NCBI GenBank assembly: GCA_028534125.1
Contig: CM052851.1
Span: forward strand, 248,001 to 312,000
Source: Lama glama
Taxonomy: Eukaryota
Direction of reading: 5' to 3'
DNA: 64,000 bases
Shown here: piece after piece, positions 22,331-34,499 of the stretch
Layout: every line of letters begins with the position of its first letter
How positions within the stretch are numbered: the first letter of the stretch is position 1
The notes under the pieces: generated by a model
Told to the model about the DNA's origin: nothing
What the model saw: the letters and a program-made list of their open reading frames with translations, nothing else
The model's database searches: none
Made by a program: the position numbers and the translations under genes

Positions 22331-25300
22331 CAAGAGGCCCTGACATCAGTGGGTGAGTCATGGACTCGGGAGGCGGGAGGCGGGAGGCAGGAGGGCCAGA
22401 CAGCAGAGGGTCAGGAGAACACAGCAGGTGTGGGCCCAGGAGCTGGTCCTCCCCAAAGGCCCAGCGCCCACGAGCCTGTCCACAGGCCGTGGTGCAGGGA
22501 CAGCTCCTGAGAAGCACAGGATGGAAGCCGCGCTCGCGCTCTCCTGCACGCAGGTCAGCACATGGGTGTCCTCACCTGACTGTGGAGGCCAGGAGCTGAG
22601 GCTCGGGAGGTGAGCGGGGGAGTTGGGCGACTTGCGGGTCCAGAACTCCTCGCCACTTCGCTGCCTGGTGGCGGGTCCTCAGGGTTCATTTCTGCTGAGC
22701 TCATTCGGAGCACGGTGGGCACCTGGTCACCAGCAGAAAGCCGGCTATGGTTGCTGGTCCCCACCACATGCGGACGTTCAGGTATGATGTCCGCTGGGCA
22801 CCTGGACACTGTGGAATCCGGGGGAGAGTGAGGGGGGTTGGGGAGCCTTCGCAACTTAGGTTATTTATCAACCACAGGACAGGACCCTGAGGACTGCAGG
22901 GCTAGGTTGAGAGGAGGGGGTGCAGGTGGGCGGGGTGAGGGCGTTTGGGAGTAGGGGAGGGACAGGGGTGGGCGAGGAAGGGGTGAGGAGGGGTCTGCTC
23001 CCGGAAGGTCTAGAGTCCAGGGGCTCCCTCCACTGGCTGCTCTGCCCAGAGGTGCCCAGATCTCCGTCTCCTAGTCCCCAGAGATGCTCTGTGTTGGGTC
23101 CTCACACCCTGAGGGTCTGCCCGCTTGGTGGCGCGTGCCTGCCCACAGGCGCCGTCCTCTGCAGGGCCATCCCGGGATCCCAGCCTGCTTGGCGCCGATC
23201 GTCCGACCGCTTTCCCGAGACAGCCGATCTCGACCCGGGGGTGGGTCCTGAGAGACGGGGGCTGCTTTTCATCCCCTAAAACCAGGCGTGAGAGAAGCGA
23301 GGATGCATCAGAGGTCACTGTGCACACGCAGTGACCACGCATCCCTTCCGATTTGCTGACGCCGAAAAGTCACAAAGTGCCCATTAAAACCAAAAGAACC
23401 CCCTCCTTGATCCCTGAGTTCCGAGGTGAGCATGGCGCCCTGCGTCACCTAACGGACCCCTGGGGAGTCCAGGAATGGGGCGGGGGGATGTGCGGAGGCC
23501 CGGCAGGACTCCAGGCAGCCGGCACTTGCTCCCACGTCCGGGAGCTCGGCCAGTAGGGCTCCCACCCCAGGGCTCACTCCACAGGGAGAGTCTCAGGGGA
23601 AGTCTCCCTCCACCGCTGCGTCTCTGTTTGCCTTTCTGTCTCGTCTCCTTCCCTCCTCAAGTCTCGGTTTCCATCCTTCTCTCTGCCTCTTTCCATCTGT
23701 CCTGAATCCATGAGCTACTGGACTGAGCCTCGGTCCCTCCCTCTGGCGGGCAAGGCTGCGTCACCTGACCCTGTGGTGCCCCGCAAACTTCATCGTCATC
23801 TCTTATCCACGGATCCATCATCACTGCAGGGAAGAGCCAAACCCTTGTGGGGCGTGGCGTCGAGCTTTGGACCCCGTGCGCCCCGGGTCCCCGCTCTCCC
23901 CCCGGCCAGCACGCCGCCTGACGGGACACATGGGCCTTTCCCTGGGGTCGGAGTCGGGGAGTCTCCTCTCTCCGCTCTCTTCAGGGCAGCCCTGCCAGTT
24001 CCGGCCGCTCCCGCAAGGCCAGGAAACACAGATCGACTGGGAAGGAACTTGCACAGGTCACGACTGACTGTAGACAATCTCAAGGTGCCAACAAAACCTC
24101 CTGTAGGAGGGAGCAGGCTCAGCAAACACACACGCTGATGGCTCCTCGTGCTGCAAGGAACACGCGGAAACCAAACGGAGACACACACGGTCCACGGCCA
24201 CGCCCCGGGAAAACGGAATCACCGGAGCGCGGACACAAGTGCGTTACCTTGCCACTGGCTGACAAAGTGTTGTGGCAACGAGTTACCATAAAATCTGAGC
24301 AACAAGAGGTGCTTGCATTCTAAAGACTGCATCCTAGACCTCTTTAAAGCAGGTCTTTTTGGCAAACAGGTGCCCAGGTCTCCCATCTGGGCGGGGATCC
24401 TGGACACACAAACTCCTGGTCCTTCAGTGCTGGCCACCGGCCGGACTCACTGGCCACGTGGCCTTTTTCTAATGCAGCGGAACAGAAGGAAAGAGAGTGT
24501 CTCATGCCATCAGATGAGCCCTGTGTGCAGAAAGCCCAGGTCCACAGCAGAGCACCGACATGGAGGCCAGCAGTCCCGAGGCAGCAGTGGGTCCAGCTGA
24601 GCTGTGAGCTCAAGAGGAGGCTTCCTCCCACTGACAGCCTCCTCGGGAAAAGCCACGTCTCCAAATGTGGCCCTTCAGGAAAACGAGGGCAGAAGAGCTG
24701 CCTGCGACCTGCCCTCCCCGCCGGGATCCAGGAGCAGAGCTGGCCCTCCAGCAGCCTGGCAGTCAGGCCCTGCCCAGGACGGGGCACCCTGCCCGCAGGA
24801 CCGGCGCCTGGGTTTAAAATGAGCCTTTGCCCGAGCGCTCGCTCCACTGGCTCTTGAGAAGTGCTCACCAGGCCGCTTTCCAGACCCCTCCTCCAAGGTG
24901 CTGGTGGCCATCCCCGTGCCCTGTCCACAGGCTGCCTCTCATGAACCCTCAGCCACAGGGTGCCTTCCTGTAGCTTCCCCGCACCTCCCTGGACACCTCG
25001 ACATTCCTAGGTGCCCTCACTCCTTTAACACTGATTAAATGCCAACTGTTGTGCGCTCAGTACAGTGCGAGGTGCCTCCGTAGTTCCTCAGCGAAATGGT
25101 ACAGCCTCCCCAGACCCACTTCCAGTGGAAACAGAGAAGGTTCTACTCTAGGAGATCCTGTTTCTCTTAAAGTCCTTCAGGGCCTTTGGGCAGAACGAAG
25201 GCCCTTGTGGGAGCTGACCCCACCTGGCAGGCACCAGCGGGCGCTGACCCCGCTGGGAGCAGTGGGCTCCCCACCCCCTCCCGCAGGGTCCTCCGAGCCT

Positions 25301-25929
25301 GGCCTCCGCTCTCTGTGCTCTGCTGAACTCTGGACCACCTGACCTGCACCTCCACAGGCCAGTCTTTTCCATTAATTCCCTTGCAAGTGCCTACCCACAC
25401 GTGGGAATTTGCAGATTCACTTAAATGTGACCTTCCCTGGGGTTTTAAAACCACGCCTCTTCCTTTCCATTTAGTGGCTCTGAAGGGAGCCTTCTCCTAC
25501 CCCTGCACGCAGCAGCATCAGCTCCCTCCAAGAGAGCCTGTGCAAATGGCGTGTTATCTTCCCGACACGTCTCTGCAGCTGCGTGTGATTCCTCGGAGGC
25601 CGCTGTGCTCGGCCTGTGCACACGCAGGTGGTTGCTGGTTCACAGCAGGGCTCCGCACTTCATGGGGGTTAGCACTCAGCCTCCGCCTCCCCGGGGCAGT
25701 CTCCCCGCCGCTCCCAATGTCGGCAGTGCACGCTGAGTGATGACTGAGCGGTGCCAGGGTTCAGCCTCCCTCGGGGCTGTGGCGGTGCTGGTGGGTGTCC
25801 AGCCGCCCTCTCCGTGTGGCTATCCCCTTGGCCCACAGGCGAAGCTGCACCAGCATCACTGCATCCTCACGACGAAGCTCCTTTCTGCGGGGTGGCCTGA
25901 TTCCCAGGAGAGAAGGTTCTTGGGCAAAG

Positions 25930-27755
25930 ATCCTACACCACTTCAGTTTTACCAGCTGCCACCAGACTGCTTTCCAAACAGCTGGCCCTCTAGACAGCTC
26001 TACTCACATTAGTGTACAAATTTTTCCTTTGATGGAATTTGCTTTTCATGTCAAATCAATGAACTCTTTACCTAACTCCAAGTTAGCAAGGTTTTGGCCT
26101 GTGTTTTAATCTCAAAATTTCATACTTTTATATTTTACATTTAGACCTATGGCCCATTGTTTGAGTTCATCTTTATGTAAGTTATGGGTTTAGATCAAGA
26201 TTCCTTTTTTTTTTTTGCTGGTGATTATCAGTCGTTCCCACACTATATGTTGAAAAGACACCCTTCCTCTCCCTCTGTGCCTTGTCAGATCGGCAGCCGT
26301 GTGCGTGAGGACTGATTTCTGGGCTCTGTCTGTTCCATCGACTGTGTGCCCAGCCTTCCCAACACCGCGCTGCCTTCGTCACTGCGACTGCAGAGCCAGT
26401 GTTCCAACTGGGTATGCTTCTTTTTCGTAATTGTTGCAGCGATTCTCATCCTCTCACCTTCACACATAAATTTTAGAATCGGCTTGTCTGTATCTACAAA
26501 AAGTCTTGCTGGGATTTTGATGGGAATTGCAGTTAATCTATAGATCAGTTTAAGGAGAACTGATACCTGTACCATGCTGAGGCTTTCCACCCATGAACAT
26601 AGTATGTCTCTCCGTTTATTTGTCTTAAAATTTCTTCCTTGTTGGGGGGAGGGTATAGCTCAGTGGTAGAGTGCATGACTAGCATGTACGTGGTCCTAGG
26701 TTCAATTCCCAGTACCGCCATTAAATTTTTTTAAATTAAAATAAATAAATAAACCTCATTACTTCCCCTCCCAAAAGGAATCACTTAAAAAAAGAAATGC
26801 AAAAACTTAAAAAAAAATCTACCTTCAGAATTTCATAGTTTTCAACACAGAGAAATCCACTGCATGTTTTCTGCAGATATGCACCTAGTATTCGGTACTC
26901 TGGGAGCTATTCTATGTTTTATGTTTAAAATTCCTGGTTTCCAGTTTCGATCTTTCTGTTGCGATCTTGCATGCAACTTGTGCAGTTGTCCACCAGCTTT
27001 TCTCACACAGTCTTTGGAATTTTCTCTACAGATAATCACGTCATCTGTGAATGAAGACAGTTTTATTTCTTCCTTTCCAGTCTATGTATTTCCATTTCCT
27101 TTTCACTGGAGTGGCCAGGACTTCCAGTATGATGTTGAATCAAGATGGTGAGAGCACACTTCTTTGTTTTGTTCCTGATTTCAGGGCTAGAGCTTCCACT
27201 TTTGTCATTACCTGTGACGTAAGCTGTAGGCTTCTTTGCATGACCCTTATCTGGCTAAGTTCCCCTTGATCTTATTCTACTGAGAGTTCGTGTCATGAAT
27301 GGGTGTTTGACTTTGTCAAATACTTTTTCTGCATCAGTTGATATGATGTGTGATCATTTTCCCTAAACAATGAACGTCAGGGGTTGTGATGATAGAGTTC
27401 AAGTCATGACCCACTCTGCATTCTCAGGATACACCCCCTTAGTTGTGGTGCATTCTTCTTTTTGTGTATCGCAGAATTCGATTCGACACGTGGAGGACCC
27501 CGCAGTTACTCATGAGGGATGTTGTCTGTAGGTTTTTCTTTTTGGTATTCCCAGGTGTGGGAATCAGGACAATGCTTTCCTTAAAAGGTGAGTTGGGACA
27601 CATTAGCTCCTGTTCTGTTTTTCTGGAAGAGACTGAACAGTATTGGTGCCATTTCTTCTTTAGATGTTTGGTAGAATATGCCATTGACACAATCGGCCTG
27701 GAGATTTCTTTTTCAGTAGGTGTAACTACAAACTCAATTTTTAAAATGGTTATGG
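25930..27755 (-). mobile_element. L1 ORF2 fragments (antisense), interrupted by a SINE
   Basis: ttttagaatcggcttgtct...gctgggattttgatgggaattgcagttaatctatagatcagttt; ggccaggacttccagtatgatgttgaat; ORF track reads LKLIYRLTAIPIKIP (L1 ORF2). Confidence 0.85.
26644..26817 (+). mobile_element. tRNA-derived SINE, camelid Vic-1-like
   Basis: ggggagggtatagctcagtggtagagtgcatg (A box)...gtcctaggttcaattcccagtacc (B box), then aaataaataaataaacctcattacttcccc and an A-rich tail. Confidence 0.8.
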
Positions 27756-27759
27756 GACT

Positions 27760-28047
27760 GTGATATTGTGATTTATCATACATACGTATTTTGGACTTCA
27801 TCCCAAAACTCTTTGAATTTCCTAAGAGCAACGGGAGCATCTTTTTACAACATTGGGTCTTTTGGCCTCAGTTCCTGAAATCCCTTCAGAGCCAGGAAGT
27901 GAAACGGGTGTCCTGTTATCCATAACAAGCCTCCCACGACCACGCGGAGTCTGTGTTAGTGAGGTGACTCCAGAAAATCCCCCAAGGATGGGGGTATGGT
28001 GGCCAGGGGAGCCACCCATGATTAGAGGGGTGGAGCCTCCATGAAAA
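27760..28047. mobile_element. MER21-like LTR fragment, truncated by the assembly gap
   Basis: tgatattgtgatttatcata...aaaactctttgaatttcctaagag...ggccaggggagccacccatgattagaggggtgga resembles the MER21 family; family call from memory. Confidence 0.55.
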
Positions 28048-28547
28048 NNNNNNNNNNNNNNNNNNNNNNNNNNNNNNNNNNNNNNNNNNNNNNNNNNNNN
28101 NNNNNNNNNNNNNNNNNNNNNNNNNNNNNNNNNNNNNNNNNNNNNNNNNNNNNNNNNNNNNNNNNNNNNNNNNNNNNNNNNNNNNNNNNNNNNNNNNNNN
28201 NNNNNNNNNNNNNNNNNNNNNNNNNNNNNNNNNNNNNNNNNNNNNNNNNNNNNNNNNNNNNNNNNNNNNNNNNNNNNNNNNNNNNNNNNNNNNNNNNNNN
28301 NNNNNNNNNNNNNNNNNNNNNNNNNNNNNNNNNNNNNNNNNNNNNNNNNNNNNNNNNNNNNNNNNNNNNNNNNNNNNNNNNNNNNNNNNNNNNNNNNNNN
28401 NNNNNNNNNNNNNNNNNNNNNNNNNNNNNNNNNNNNNNNNNNNNNNNNNNNNNNNNNNNNNNNNNNNNNNNNNNNNNNNNNNNNNNNNNNNNNNNNNNNN
28501 NNNNNNNNNNNNNNNNNNNNNNNNNNNNNNNNNNNNNNNNNNNNNNN
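28048..28547. other. Assembly gap (500 N)
   Basis: Run of exactly 500 N. Confidence 0.99.
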
Positions 28548-30226
28548 GAGGCCCCATCAGTCTTTACACTCGAGGCTATACCCCGTGTGACCTGTGCTTG
28601 GCCCTATCTGGAGCCACGAGTCAGGCCGTTCCCAGCCCTTGGGTACAGGCTGCTGTGAGCTGGGCAGCGGGTTGGCATAGGAGTGTGGACAGGCACAGAA
28701 CTGGGCTGGGGGCTTTGCAGAGGAAGCTGGGGCAGATTCCTCTGACACTAGATTCCTTTTGCCACTGGCCTGTGCAGCCACTCCTGTCCCTGCTCCATCT
28801 TAGGCAGTTGGTACCCAGTCCTGTTTACACCCATGAGCTGTGTACTCTTTGTGGTTTCCTTGCTCCTTGCGCTCAGGACTTCGTGTTCCCTCTGGGCCAC
28901 CCCAAAGGAAGTGGGGAACACCAGGCCCAGCACAGGGGCCACTCCAGGAGGAGGTTGAGTTCATCCCAAAGTTGCCCACCCCCAAACTAAGCACGAAGAT
29001 TCTGATGATCTAGGGTGTTCCTCAATATGCATGCTGCAACCCAGCCTCAGAGCCCCCCAGGTTCTGTCATCACAGATCTCCAGTCCAGCCACAGCTCTCA
29101 GAGCAGAGAGCCTGTGGCCCACCGAGGACCAGAAATGAGGTGGACCTCGCCCTGCCCCAATTCCAAGACTGCAGGCAGGCAGCACAGGCTTCGTGCCCAC
29201 CTGGGGAATGGAGGTGGGGTGTCGGAACGCAGGTGGCCACACCCTCAAGGGGCCAGCAAAGCTCCCTGAGCTTGGCAGCCCCAGGACTCTGGGGCCTGCC
29301 CCCGCAAGCTCTCAAACTCAGGAAACCTGATGGACGGGTCTGGCATGTCCTTGAGTCCTCAAAGCTAGGAGCCACCCTAGAGGGGACAGCAGTTGCTGCC
29401 GCTGGTGGGGAGCAGGCCAGGGAAGGAGAGCCAGGCAGGAAAGGGGTCCAGACAGAATCCCAGGTCATTGCTGTGGCTGCTTCAGGCCCCAGACCATCCC
29501 AACTTCAACCCCAGGCTCATGCTGCCAAGGAGAGCCCCACCCCCAAAAGAGGAAAGCTGTGCTTCTCCTCTGTGTGGATGGACACAGCACCCTGAAATGC
29601 GACACCCTGGGAGACCCAGCCTTGGACCCACTGACCATGGGTCCCTGGGAGACTCCTATCTCAGGACCCCTGGCTATGGCCAGCCCCAGGCAGCTCAGGG
29701 TACACCCCAGTGTCCCTGGAAGAGTCTTAAGTTCTAGACCCCAGAGATTCTGCCCAGTGCAGCCTCAGGACACACTCAAGCCATGTGGGGCAGTTTACTG
29801 AGGTTTTAGTGTTGGGGTAGGGAGACATCACACACACACATGTGGGGAAGGATACCTCCCACAGGTAAGCATGTACTCACACGGGTTCTGTGCACCTCCT
29901 GTCTCCAAAAAGGAGCTGTGGCCTTTGGGGTCTAGTGAGTTCTGAGCTGGCCATGTCCCGTGCTTCTCTGAGGGTCTTGGCAGATTTGACAAGGACTAGG
30001 GCGAGAGTCTTCAGCCTTTCCCTGCCCCCTGTGGCAGAAATCCTAGGGCTCTGAGATGTCCTGTCTCAGACCCAGGGTACCGGGGCTTCCCACCGCATGG
30101 GGGAAGGAGTCCTCTACGACCACAGACTCTTCTTCTGTCGTCCAGGCTGGGCTGGCCTTGGCTGCCTTCGCTCATCAGAATCCAGGGCTGGGCTGGCAGT
30201 GGATGTCCAGTCTGGGGCAAGAGCTG

Positions 30227-31787
30227 CTACCTCCAGGAGTTCTGCCTCATGGGGACAACTGTGGGGAGGACACAGGCTGAGAGGGCTGAGAGGGCCACAG
30301 GAGGGCCTCATCCCACCCAGAGATAGGGGGACAGACATACTCTCTGGGCTCAGACTGGACACTAGGGCAGGACTCCGGGGGGGTCCTGTGAGGGGCTCTT
30401 CTCTGGCTGGAGGCAGAAGATCCTGTGGGGAGAGCAAGTCAGCTTGGAGCTGGGCCAGGCTCCCCACCGACCTGGCCTCCCTCCAGTACTGCTCTGACCT
30501 GCGTGCTGAGGGGACCCCCTTCCGGCCGTGGGGGCGGTGGCAGTGCAGCCCCTGTCTGCTGGATGAACTGCTGCAGGTCACACTGACGGAGCTCCCGGTT
30601 CAGCTCCTCCAGTTCCTGGGCCTGGGCCTGGGGCATATGGGACCCTCAGGGGCTTGCCCAGGGAGCTCCACAGCCTTGTGCCCTCCCACATCCCCCAGAG
30701 AGTGACATCCAAGTCCAGCCATGTGTCAGGGAAACTGGCAGGGGTGTGGGGTCCAGTGGGCTCACCTGTAGCGCATGCTCGGCGGCCTCCAGTGCCCGGC
30801 CCACCAGGACAAGGCTGCCCTGCACCTCCACTCTCTGCCGCTCCTGGGCTGCTAGGTTCTGACGCAGGCGTTCCGTGGCAGACACCGTGGGTGAGGGGGG
30901 CCCAGGGGTCTCTGCCACCAGTTGCAACTCAGCCTCCAGGGCGCGGGCCTGGGCGTCCAGGGCCTGCAGGCGGGCGGCGTGCTCGGCGGTGGCTACACTC
31001 AGCGCCTGCAGGCGTGCCTGCCCCTCACGCTCGCGGGCTTGCTCACGCCGCAGCTCCTGCTCCCAGAAGGCCTCCTGGCCCAGCTCTGCTGCATTCCTCC
31101 GCACCCTTTGCTCCAAGCCCTGTAGATCTGTGCAGCAGCCTGGCAATGATGCTACGGGGGCCACAGGCTCGGGTGCCACAGGGCCGGGGGCCAGGCCAGG
31201 GCACCCCAGGCTGAAGGTCAGCGCTTTGCGTGGTTCACGGTCCAGTGCTGGTCGAGGTTTCGGGGGGAGACTGGCTCGGATTGGGCAGCGCTCAGGGGGC
31301 GGGCAGTTGTCTGAGGAGGGCCTCCCAGCAAGGCTGGGCCCTGTGCGTCTCAGGACAAACTGGACATCGCTGGCAAACTGTCCACAGGTAGCCTGGGCAC
31401 CCACTGGGCACTCCTGGGGTAGCAGCTGCCGTTCCTTCTCTCTGAGGCGCTGCACCAGCACAAAGCGGCCTGTCTGGCCTAGGGTAGGGGGAGGAGTCAG
31501 TCAGCCCATATCCCCTACCCTCTGTCCACCTGGCTTGAGCAGCTGGGGTCGGGGGGCAAGAGGGATGAGCGCCAGCCCCAGCCTCCTTGGGGGAAGAAGG
31601 GCCAGAGGGTCAGGCCCCACCCCCAGTGCACCTGCTGGGCCCATCTGGGACTCAGGGCCTCACCTATTGCTTGGGCTAGCGCGATGACCACTTCCTGGCA
31701 GGTGGTCTGCTCTGAAACTCCACAGACCACGCGCTGGATGCCGTCCACCCACACCTTCAGCTCCATGGCTGCCAGCCCTGAGAGCAT
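30227..31787 (-). CDS. RASSF7: Ras association domain family member 7 (359 aa); coding exons 31664-31787, 30766-31478, 30499-30627, 30341-30422, 30227-30258
   Basis: [60 protein letters not shown] (N-terminal RA domain), coiled coil, [23 protein letters not shown], ends [14 protein letters not shown] introns with consistent phases. Confidence 0.95.
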
Positions 31788-31949
31788 CCCTGTCCTGCAG
31801 GGAGGGCGAAGGCCACAGGGTCAGGCCCCGCCTGGCCCCAACACAGCCAGGCTCCTCTCTTCCTCTTCCAGGACTGCTTCTCACCCCCAGAACTGGCTCA
31901 GGATTGCTGCCCCTCAGCGTCTGGCGCCCAGCCCCACCCGCAGGCCGCA

Positions 31950-32950
31950 CATTCCTGGGGGTGGGGTAGCAAAGACCCGCGCGTCCCCCAAAAGCGGCGA
32001 AGCAGTGTGCCCTCGCGCAGGGCTCAGAGGCTTCCCTACTCCCAAGCCTGCTCTCGCCCCGCCCCACTCCCGGAACAGGGCGAGTTATTAACCAGACCTG
32101 GTCACCTGGCTCGTAAGGCACAGCCCCTCCCGCGGGGCGCCCGCGCGCAGACCTCGGCCCTTGGGACAGACCGCACCCGGCGCGGGCAGCCCCTCCCCAC
32201 TCCCGCCCGTCCCCGGGCTCGTTCGCGAGGCCGCCGTCCCGGCCCGCGGCGGTGCAGGTGCGGCGCGGCCTCCGCGCCGGCCCGGCTTGCGCCCTGCCGT
32301 CGGAGTTGCCGTCCCGGGCTGCGCCTTGCGTTCTAGAGGCTCTGAGGCCCGGCGCGGCTCACCTAGGCTCACCTAGGCGCTCGAAGGGCGCCGGAACTCA
32401 GGAACCAGCCGGCCGCTGCCGGGAGCCCGGCGCCGCCGCAACCTGCCGCCTCCAGTGCCGCGGGAGCGCCCCGGCCCGCCGCCCCATTGGCCCGCAGCCC
32501 GCGTGCCCCGCCCCGCAAGCACCCATTGGCTCCGCGGCGCGCATGGCCCGCCCCTCGCCAGCACCCATTAGCCACCTTCTCTGAGCCTCGCCCCTGGCCC
32601 TCCCTATTGGCTCCCCGCCCGCCCCGCCCCCGGAGGCGCCCAGGTGTGGGCGGGGCTCGGCAGCCAGGATGGGCGGCAAGAGCCCGGGTCCACGCACGCC
32701 CCAATCACGCAAACAACGCGGAAGCTCGTCCCGGCCCGCGGTCCCAGGCAGAGCTTGGGGCAGGTGTCTGGCGCCGCGCTCCCGGGCCGACTTCCGCAGA
32801 TGCCGCCAAATCTGATGAGTCTCCCGCCTAGAGAGGAGGCGCTGGCCTGGCCAGCGCGGCCAGCGTCCAGAGGGGCAGTGGGGCCACAGCCTCCCCATCC
32901 CCTGTTAGACCCAGGTCGGACGCACAGAGGTCGGGGGGCGGGGCTCATAG
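31950..32950. promoter_or_regulatory. CpG island / RASSF7 promoter and non-coding exon 1, divergent from LMNTD2
   Basis: CpG-rich; CCAAT boxes at about 32486, 32525, 32605 and 32701; GC boxes; minus-strand donors at 32361 and 32371. Confidence 0.8.
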
Positions 32951-33992
32951 CTGGAGGGAGTGGAGCTGGTTGGCCACCGGCCACTCTGGCTGCGGCCAGA
33001 CCGACAGTTCTTTTGGGGGAAGGGGCCGACCTGAGGTTGCCTGGGACAAAGGCCCTGGGCTCTTTTGTGTGAGGCTCCTTTCTCCCACCAATTCCTGCCC
33101 CCAGTGGGGCCCAATGCCTGCCCGAGTGTGGACACAGCCCTCTGCCCCGCCAGCCAGTCCTGCTGTTCCATCGGGAGAACCCAAGTCAGCACCACCGCCA
33201 GAGTCTCTCACAGTTTCTATGCTACCTGTGTGGAACAGCAGCAAAAGCCTTCAGAGCCTGTCTGCCCCAATCACACTGGGCCACAAGGGCATCTTTCCAC
33301 CACAAGCCCGACAAGAGCAGAGGCTGAAAGTCTGAACGAATGAATGGTGAATGAATGAAGATGGGGTGGGGTGGGGCAAAGTAGGAGGGCATGGGTCTTG
33401 TGGATCATGTCCGGTGCCTTACTTTTGACCTGGGCGGAGGGAACCATGATCATCATTATATGTGTCCCCAGGGCCCCCTGCAGTGGCTTAGGTGATGGAG
33501 GCAGGGGAGAAGGTGAGGCTTCTGTCTTGTGCTTAAGTAAATGGGGGCCCATTGTTGGGTAGCACTCAGCAGGTCCCTCTCCCAGGTTCTCTGGGGTCTC
33601 CCCTGCTTCCTCCTCCCCACCCCACCCCCTCAGTCAGCTCAGGCCCCAGTGAGGTCCACGTGCCCCGGAGTGCCATCCACTGACTTGTGGACACACTCAC
33701 AGGGCAGCAATGCCGATAATAGCCACCGACTGCCATACCAGACTGGAGAGGGACTGTGGGAGCCTCCCCCAGGGTTGGTTGGGGGTGTTGGGCTGAGTGG
33801 GTGACCATGGCAGGCCATGTTAATCACTCTGTGTCCTCTGGGCCTGCTGAGGTTAGCTGGACAGTAGCTCGACCTCTCACAGCTGCTCCTTCAGGCTGGA
33901 CCAGGAGGTGGGCCCAGGGTTCACTTGGGGCCCTGGTCTGGTGTCTCCCAGGAAGCTCCTGGTAACAAACAGCCCCTCCCCTCTGAGTGCTA

Positions 33993-34006
33993 GTATCCAT
34001 GGCAAC
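33993..34006. promoter_or_regulatory. RFX X-box upstream of LMNTD2
   Basis: GTATCCATGGCAAC is a close match to the X-box consensus, about 500 nt 5' of the LMNTD2 ATG. Confidence 0.55.
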
Positions 34007-34298
34007 ACTGCGGAGCCTTTCTCTCCCCAAGCCTGCTTGGATTTCAGGCCTCAGGTGAATGTTGGGGGAGGACCCTGGGTCTGACTGGCAGAGGACTAGC
34101 ACCTCTGAGGGCCCTTGCTCTAGGCTGAGGGGTAGGAGCTCGGGCCCTAGAGGGCCAGGGTGACAGGGAGGAGACAACAGGGAATGTGTGAATACCCAGG
34201 TGACATGGAGCCTGGTGGGGGGTGACCTGCTGTCCTGGCCTGGTCAGAAACATGCAGATGTGGACACCCACATAACTGGCAGTTTGCTGTACCGTGGG

Positions 34299-34342
34299 GC
34301 ACACACGCGCACACGCGCACGCACACACACACACACACACAC
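34299..34342. repeat. (CA)n / CG-CA compound microsatellite
   Basis: gcacacacgcgcacacgcgcacgcacacacacacacacacacac. Confidence 0.9.
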
Positions 34343-34499
34343 CCCTTCTTGGAGGGTGATGCCCTGTGAGCCAGCGGCACACTTTGGGGCTGTCGTACAC
34401 ACGCATGTGTAAGGAGAGCCCTGCAGGGGTGCCCACACACAGGACGCAGGGCAGACAGCCCCACCACCCCTCCTCTCAGCTCCCCCAAGAACATCAAGA

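Noticed and set aside
26644-26720. Functional tRNA gene
   Set aside because: No proper cloverleaf 3' end; it is followed by a SINE-type body and A-rich tail inside an L1.
27916-28658. ORFs spanning the N runs (also 47628-49096)
   Set aside because: Artefacts of translating through assembly gaps.
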